A DNA stretch of 64,000 nucleotides from the human T2T-CHM13v2.0 reference genome, Homo sapiens: NCBI RefSeq assembly GCF_009914755.1, contig NC_060928.1; one strand, 5' to 3'. The position numbers and the translations under genes are program-made. Shown piece by piece: positions 57,208 through 64,000 of this stretch. The notes under the pieces are model-generated. The model worked only from the letters and a program-made list of their open reading frames with translations. It made no database searches and was not told where the DNA came from. Each line of letters begins with the position of its first letter. The first letter of the stretch is position 1.

Positions 57208-57770
57208 TATTATTTTTATATGAAGGCATAAATTATTAATTTTTTAATTAGTTTTTAAATCAACCAAGATGAGATTTAGAATAATATCAGATCATTACAT
57301 AAAAATATAATTTAGGTGTATTCAAACTTTATTCAGCTTCCAAAAATAACTCGAATGATAACACTATTACTTAAAGAGTAGGAATAATGCAAACCTATGC
57401 ATTATTTTGGTTACAGGCCAAAGCGAAGATAAAACATATGTAAAAGTATTTACTGTTTTTCTTAAGAGAGTTTATTGGTGATTGTTGTTTTGAAAATATT
57501 ACAGGTTTATATTTTTGAGCTCTAGCTCAATAGTATCTGAGGAGCATAGTGAACTTACAATTTCATTTGTGTTGACTTTCTAGTTAAAGAATAAATCCCT
57601 TTCCTTTGAAATGTAGCCTTGGTCAGCTGATGGAGCATTTTCTCCATATATGCATGTTAGGAAAATTTGTTTCAATTTAAAAAGGAAACACATGGCTATG
57701 ACTTAACTATTAAAAAGTGAAATGTTCAATTAATGTGGATTTGGTCTTTCTGTTTTTCCAGTCCCTCAAA

Positions 57771-57820
57771 TGTTATTTCAACAAACCAAAAAATGAGTTT
57801 TTTGGTTTGTTGAAATAACA
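57771..57820. repeat. Perfect 23-bp inverted repeat with 4-nt loop
   Basis: tgttatttcaacaaaccaaaaaa-tgag-ttttttggtttgttgaaataaca. Confidence 0.97.
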
Positions 57821-58639
57821 AACCAAATAACAAGCCAAGTCCAAATATTCTGACTTGGCTTAAGACTTTTGTGCTGAAGACTCTGTTCCCAAGAAGATTT
57901 ACATTGAGGACCCAAGTCTGCCATTTAATTAACAGGCTGTTTGTTGATTTCTTGTAATGCTGAATTATTTACCAGCTGTCTCCTGGTTATGTCAGAAAGA
58001 TGTAAAGAATGCAAACAAAAATACAAAATAAGACACAGGTAACATCAGCAATGTAATCTCTCCCCATGCACCCTGCTCACCTCCAAACCAATATATGTTG
58101 CTGTTACAGAGGAGATCTCTCTGAAATACGTGTTCATGCAACACAATATTTTAGAAGACAATACATTTTCTTGATCATACATGTGTTGTTAGTTCACCAT
58201 TTCTTTTTTAGAAATAAGCAGTTACCCCAAGACTATGATTATACATTCATGAATGTATTATGCTCTTTATATTTATACCATATCTATTCTCTTTATATTT
58301 GAATTTATATGCACTTGCTCCTGCACACACATACACACACCTGCCATATTCCCTGTATCACTTTTTTATATTTTAAAAATCAGTGAAGTCCAAAGTACAC
58401 TATATTTCCTTATATTATAGGACAGCAGCATCTAGAATTTTGTTATGTGTACCCATGAATATTTTTAATGCAGATGATGAGAGTAATGGTAATAACATGT
58501 CTGAAAACTGGAATTTTTTCACTTGGCAGTGATTATAAGCATGACAAATTAACTTTGTCAAAAAAACTTCAAAAATGATCTCTTTATTATGAACTAGAGT
58601 TACTATTTTCTGCTCTTTCTTTCTTTCTTTCCTTCCTTC

Positions 58640-58930
58640 TTTCACTACATTGTAGTAGTGGCCATTGAAGAACATTTAGAAAATGCTAAAAGATCAGAAA
58701 GAAAATAAAATTGCTGTAATTTCACTACCTAGAGATAAAAACTATTAACATCATAGTGCATATTTTCAGATTTTTCTATATATTGAATATTTATTACAAA
58801 ATTCGGATCATATTGTACCTACTATTTTCTAATATGCCTTACTCAGTAATGTATCATAAAATATCTTATGAAAATCCTAACACAGTCCTCTAATTTCAGT
58901 GTGATTGCATCATGGCATATGAATATACTT
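58640..58930 (-). mobile_element. L1ME-type 3' end
   Basis: 'aacatttagaaaat...gaaaataaaattgctgtaatttcactacctagagataaaaactattaacat...ggatcatattgtac'. Confidence 0.55.
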
Positions 58931-59322
58931 TTAGTCATTTAAGAACTAGGGGCATTGACACTAATGCTTTTGAAGGCTTTTCCCTCAAGGATTCAGTTGG
59001 TGGCAACAGGAGCACCAATGTTCCCATGTGTCCCAGGCTTTCTGAAGGAACCCCACATGCAGTGTTTTGATGGAACAGCAGCTGACACTGTTATCACTCA
59101 GCTCAGGCAGCTGGGTGCCTGAGGGCCTTTCCTGGCCATGAGCCACCTGACTAAAATGGCTTATGCTTTAGGTGTGTGTGTTTGGGGAGGGGGTACAATT
59201 ATACTACGAGGCTGTATTTTGACAAAGATTTCAAATATGTTCAATGACCTTGTTTGTACATCTTAAAGCTTTAAGTGCCCAGGAATTCCTTCTCCGGAGT
59301 TCACAAAGGGATAATCTTCAGG

Positions 59323-59429
59323 TTCCTTCCTTCCTTCCTGCCTTTCTCCCTTCTTCCCTAGCTCCCTCCCTTCCCTCCCCTCCCCTCCCCTCCCCTTTCT
59401 TCCCTTTCTTTCTTCTTTTTCTTTTTCTG
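59323..59429. repeat. CT-rich low-complexity tract ((TTCC)n, (CCCCT)n)
   Basis: Read directly from the sequence. Confidence 0.9.
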
Positions 59430-60331
59430 AAACCACTTAAATGTATTTAGGAAACTTTGAATGAAAGTAAGACATTGGTTCTTTACATCTTAAGATAGAA
59501 AAGGCATTAAGAAGTACATCTTTCCCATCTAGAAAAATATTACCATCCAGCAAAAAAACACAATTATATTTAGAAATACAGTAAATTATGACTGCTCAGA
59601 AGGTGTTTAATTTCATGGTTTTAACTCTATAGCTGTGCCACATTTTCTAGAATAGGTTAAGAGACCTCATACAGATTATCTTTAAACATCTACATAAGAT
59701 GGTTGCTAAAAGCTTTCACATTTTGGATTACTTTCATTTTTATGCCTAAATGACTTTCAGTGTTTCGACAGTATTTGCTCTTCACAGCTTATAAGTATTA
59801 TCATTTGGAGTTGTTTCTAAGGCCTAAATAAAAAAGCCACATGGAAGGGAGTGGCAGGGGAAATGTGTTAGAAAAATACTTGTCTTCATTAGTTCACACA
59901 CTAGAAACAACCCCATCCGACTCATCCATGAACCCAGTACTACCCTAAGTGGAAATACTACAAGGATTTCAGGCCAGACCTTCATGAGTATCTGTGTGAA
60001 ATGAAACATTGCCTCTAGGAAACATCAGGAAGGTATCATTACTGGGCAAGGTAGCATGAACCAAATAGAAAACCAAAACATCTTATTTATTCTCCTCACT
60101 GATTGCAAATGTCGACCAATTCTTCTGGATGCTTTCTTCTTCATACTTTTAAACTTCAGTGCAAGTGTCTTTTCCATATATGATTCTAAAATCCGGATCT
60201 TAAAATCCAAGAGGAAAAAAAAACAACATAGAGGTTCAGAGACAAAGGGAGGAAGCAATGTGCTCTTATTTTCTGCCATGGTAATTACACTAGGGCAATA
60301 CTAGCAGTAGTGTTTGAGAAACTAAATACCC

Positions 60332-60660
<329 letters not shown>

Positions 60661-61409
60661 AAATACCTTAGTGGGGCAGTATAATAATTTGAAGAAAGTG
60701 CCTAAAACTCTGTTTCCACTTTTATTGTTTTTCAATTGAGATATCTGAATAATTGAAAACTGACTTCAGATAAGATTTAAAACATTTACAGCTGGGAATG
60801 ACACTTACTTAAAGGGTAGAACACAGACACATACATGTAGCCCTGCAGTTCAGACTCTGCCTCTAGCTTTCCAATAAAATTGGTTGAAAGAACCTGCCAA
60901 TTTATTAACATCCTCAAACCCAGGAGAAAATTATGGCTACTGTACTATATTCCACACTACAGTTGAAAAAAAGTGTTCTGCTACATCGAAGGTCAAGAGA
61001 TTGCCTTGCTTCCTTAAGAGCATTGTTAAAGGTCTGATAATTTAAGAAAATTAAGATAAAATAATGCATTATGTGTATGTTACAAAAACCAGAGTAATAG
61101 TCTACTATACAGAAAGACTTCTGAACTTGCTTCTTCAATTGAAAAACAAGCAGGACCCAATTTAAAAAATAAGTATTGGCACTAGTAATAAAAACTGATT
61201 TTTCCTTTCTGCATCCTGCAATGAATTCATTGTTAAAAAAAATCAAAACTCATTTTTCTAAAAATCTCTGGACTCTTTGTAAAAGTTAACTTTCCTAGTC
61301 AATATCCTCAAGAAGTTTTCCGGGTGACTTGTATTCTTGTCTTCCCTATTCTCACTATATAAAAACCACACTTTATTTCCTTTCTTTTTCTGAGAAAGCT
61401 GTAAGGTAA

Positions 61410-61590
61410 CTAATTTACTCAGACTATGGAACTCTAGACCATGCAGATCTTGATTGTAATTCTAACTTCACCATTGACCTTTAACAGTGTACAGGTTAAT
61501 TATGCTTATCTGTAAAATAAGAATAACAGGTATCTCCTAGGATTATTATGAGAGCTAACTGAGATAATATACATAAAGTTCCCAGCTCCC
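61410..61590 (+). mobile_element. MIR SINE
   Basis: 'atctgtaaaataagaataaca...ggattattatgagagctaactgagataatatacataaag'. Confidence 0.6.
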
Positions 61591-62159
61591 AGCCCTGTGT
61601 GTCTCATAAGACGGGTGGCCACATTTTCAGTTCCTTTCCTGTTCTCCACCTGTCTCCCTCCCTCTGTTCCCCGCCCCTCTCCACAACTCGACCTCTAAAA
61701 AATGCTTAAGTAATTGTAGAGAAATTAGCATGAATGCCCAGATGCATTTGTTACTGAATAACTCAGCAGTGAACTTGGCATTCCATAGCTAACCTTTCCC
61801 CTTCATTAATCCCCTTCTCCATCCCCCTCAAACACAGGAGTACAACAGGATGCCAGGCGAACTATGTAACCAACCATGCACGTGAGCATTTTCTCCCAGA
61901 ATTTTGACTAGTCTTGTTCTGCCTCAAACACTAGACGGGGCTCATGCTGCTCACAATTAACTGACTCTGGCCATGTGGTGGCTGCCCTCAAGATCTGCCA
62001 CAAAGAGAACAGCAGTTCAATAAAATCTCGAACTCTATTTATAGCCCACTTGAAACAAGCAGTTTCCTTGAAGCCCAAGAAGCCCTCCTTGAGAATGCAG
62101 CAAGTAATTTACTAGTCCCAGTACTCACTGGGGAAATAAGAGGGAGGAAATGCAGCAAG

Positions 62160-62320
62160 TGCATTTTTTCAAGTACTGCACATATAGAAAGCATTTTGTC
62201 CTACACTCTGTCCCATTTCACCCTGATGTCACCAGCCAAGGAAGTAGACAAAACAGGCACTAGTAAGAAATCTCTGTTTTATAGATTACAAAACTGACAC
62301 CTAGGAGGTTAAATTGCTAA
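62160..62320 (-). mobile_element. MIR SINE
   Basis: 'ctgttttatagattacaaaactgacacctaggaggttaaa'. Confidence 0.5.
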
Positions 62321-62982
62321 TGAACAGTGGTGGTTGGAGAAGGAGGTTAAAAAAAATGTCTAAAGGGTGAGAATAATTTCTTGCTCATGCAATCAATCTA
62401 AAATTCAGTTAAGTCATTATTTACCTATTAAAAAATATATACAACTAAGAAGAAATGTTTTGTAAGGCACTTGCAAGATTAAAAATTGTTCCTTCTCCAC
62501 TTCTAAGAAGATCAAAATATGAGAAATAAAAACTTAGACTCTACAGGGAAATATTTATTAACACGTTTGTATCTATTTATAATATATACATTCAGAGTGA
62601 TTATATTTTTGGCAAGAAATGCCTTCTTGAAGACCCCCAAAATTAAAGTGTGCATGCATAATCGAGACTGATTTTGAAAGATGATAGGAATTTTTATGAG
62701 AAATTTAAATTGATTCTGTCAGCTCTGAAATAAATACATCTTTACTATATTTTAATATGGAAGTTTGCATAATTCCAGTATGTATGCAAAATGCAAGACT
62801 TTATTATATGAGTTTATGGGCCAGAAATCATTTTGCTCTTAGAATTAATTTGATTTTGGCAAATACTTCAATTTTCTAAGATCCTTCTTTAAGCCCTGTT
62901 ACCTGGAAACCTGAAAAAAATAAACAACTTTTGGGCTTGAGAGGGATGTCTGGGCAATTAGAATAGCTACACTGAAGTCTGC

Positions 62983-62984
<2 letters not shown>

Positions 62985-63044
<60 letters not shown>

Positions 63045-63058
63045 AGAGAGAGAGAGAG
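62985..63058. repeat. (GT)29 TT (AG)7 compound microsatellite
   Basis: Uninterrupted GT 62985-63042; AG 63045-63058. Confidence 0.97.
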
Positions 63059-63239
63059 ATTATTGCTTAAACAGTGCCCCTGGGTTGGTTGCTTGGCTTG
63101 GTGCCATTTGGGATTCTCAGATTTTATTGTCCCAGCTCTGATTTACGGAGTTCAGAATCTCGAAAGGCAAGGTGTCTGGAGTTTAGGGTCTTTCCATGAC
63201 AGCCCCTCCTCTTCCCTGTACACTCCTTTTGCTTGTGGT

Positions 63240-63500
63240 CACCTTGTGGTGACCTTGCAGGACTCAGCGTTTTTACCTGAGCTCAGTAGCTGGGGAGCCC
63301 ACTAGTGCTGGGGAGCGAGCCGTGGTTTCCATTCCTGGGTGATGGAGTCATGGGAGAAACTGCAGTGAGCAAACACAGTAGGACCTGAGTTGGGCTCGAA
63401 TGTGCTTTAAGCGACTCAGGACAGAGCAGCTGCTCTGTCTCCCAGCTTGCAAGTGCAGCCTGCATTTGTCACTGACCACTGAAGTGTATGTTTGTGCAAG
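63240..63500 (+). promoter_or_regulatory. Candidate second promoter/first exon
   Basis: Locally GC/CpG-richer unique sequence, 20-bp palindrome centred on CAGCTG, donor AAG|GTGAGA at 63500/63501, then T/G-rich sequence. Confidence 0.4.
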
Positions 63501-64000
63501 GTGAGAGCTGGGTGCTTTGTTCTTAATTTGGAGACAAATTGCCAGGTATTGTTGTTGATTGTGTTTAATAATTTGGGGATATTTATATCACCACAAATTC
63601 AGGACCTAGACTGTGTGCGGTTTTATTTATACCCTTGTTTTCTGTCATGATCCATTCAGCTCTCCACGGTGTCTACATTGTGGCAACAGATTGGACATAG
63701 TGCTGTTCTTCCACGCTGAAATGTGATCGTTATAGTGCAGTGTTTCTTGGATTCTTTCGTTAATCGCTGCTGCCACATGATGTATCTGTTCATATACAGA
63801 ATTCCAGTGCTAATTTGAAGGAATATAAAAACTGCTTCCGATAAAAATCTAAATTGCTATATTTGTTTAGTGCTTGCTGTGGTGTATTCTTTGCTTTACC
63901 CACATTTTAGTGGTTGAAACTTTGAGAGAGTAGAGTGCCTTAGGATTTGATCTGTTGACAAAAGCAGTGGGAGTTTTTTGTGTAATTGCTTGTCAAAATG

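Overview
This window is AT-rich, CpG-poor, non-coding primate DNA, most likely human, judging from AluY/S/J, L1PA, THE1/MST and MADE1 elements. I find no credible cellular protein-coding exon, RNA gene or CRISPR array. The listed ORFs are Alu/LTR/L1 read-throughs or chance frames. About 13 Alus, several L1/L2/MIR fragments, ERVL/MaLR LTRs, DNA-transposon relics and microsatellites can be recognised by eye. Subfamily calls come from remembered consensus sequences and need RepeatMasker confirmation. The most notable points are: two candidate + strand first exons/promoters about 49 kb apart (donors at 14490/14491 and 63500/63501); a full-length THE1 provirus with a 170-codon open internal ORF; a deletion scar fusing a tail-less Alu to half an MST LTR; a perfect 23-bp hairpin with a template-switch signature; an L2-derived minisatellite; and a MADE1 (miR-548-type) hairpin. 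I could not identify the host gene and found no convincing new biological system.
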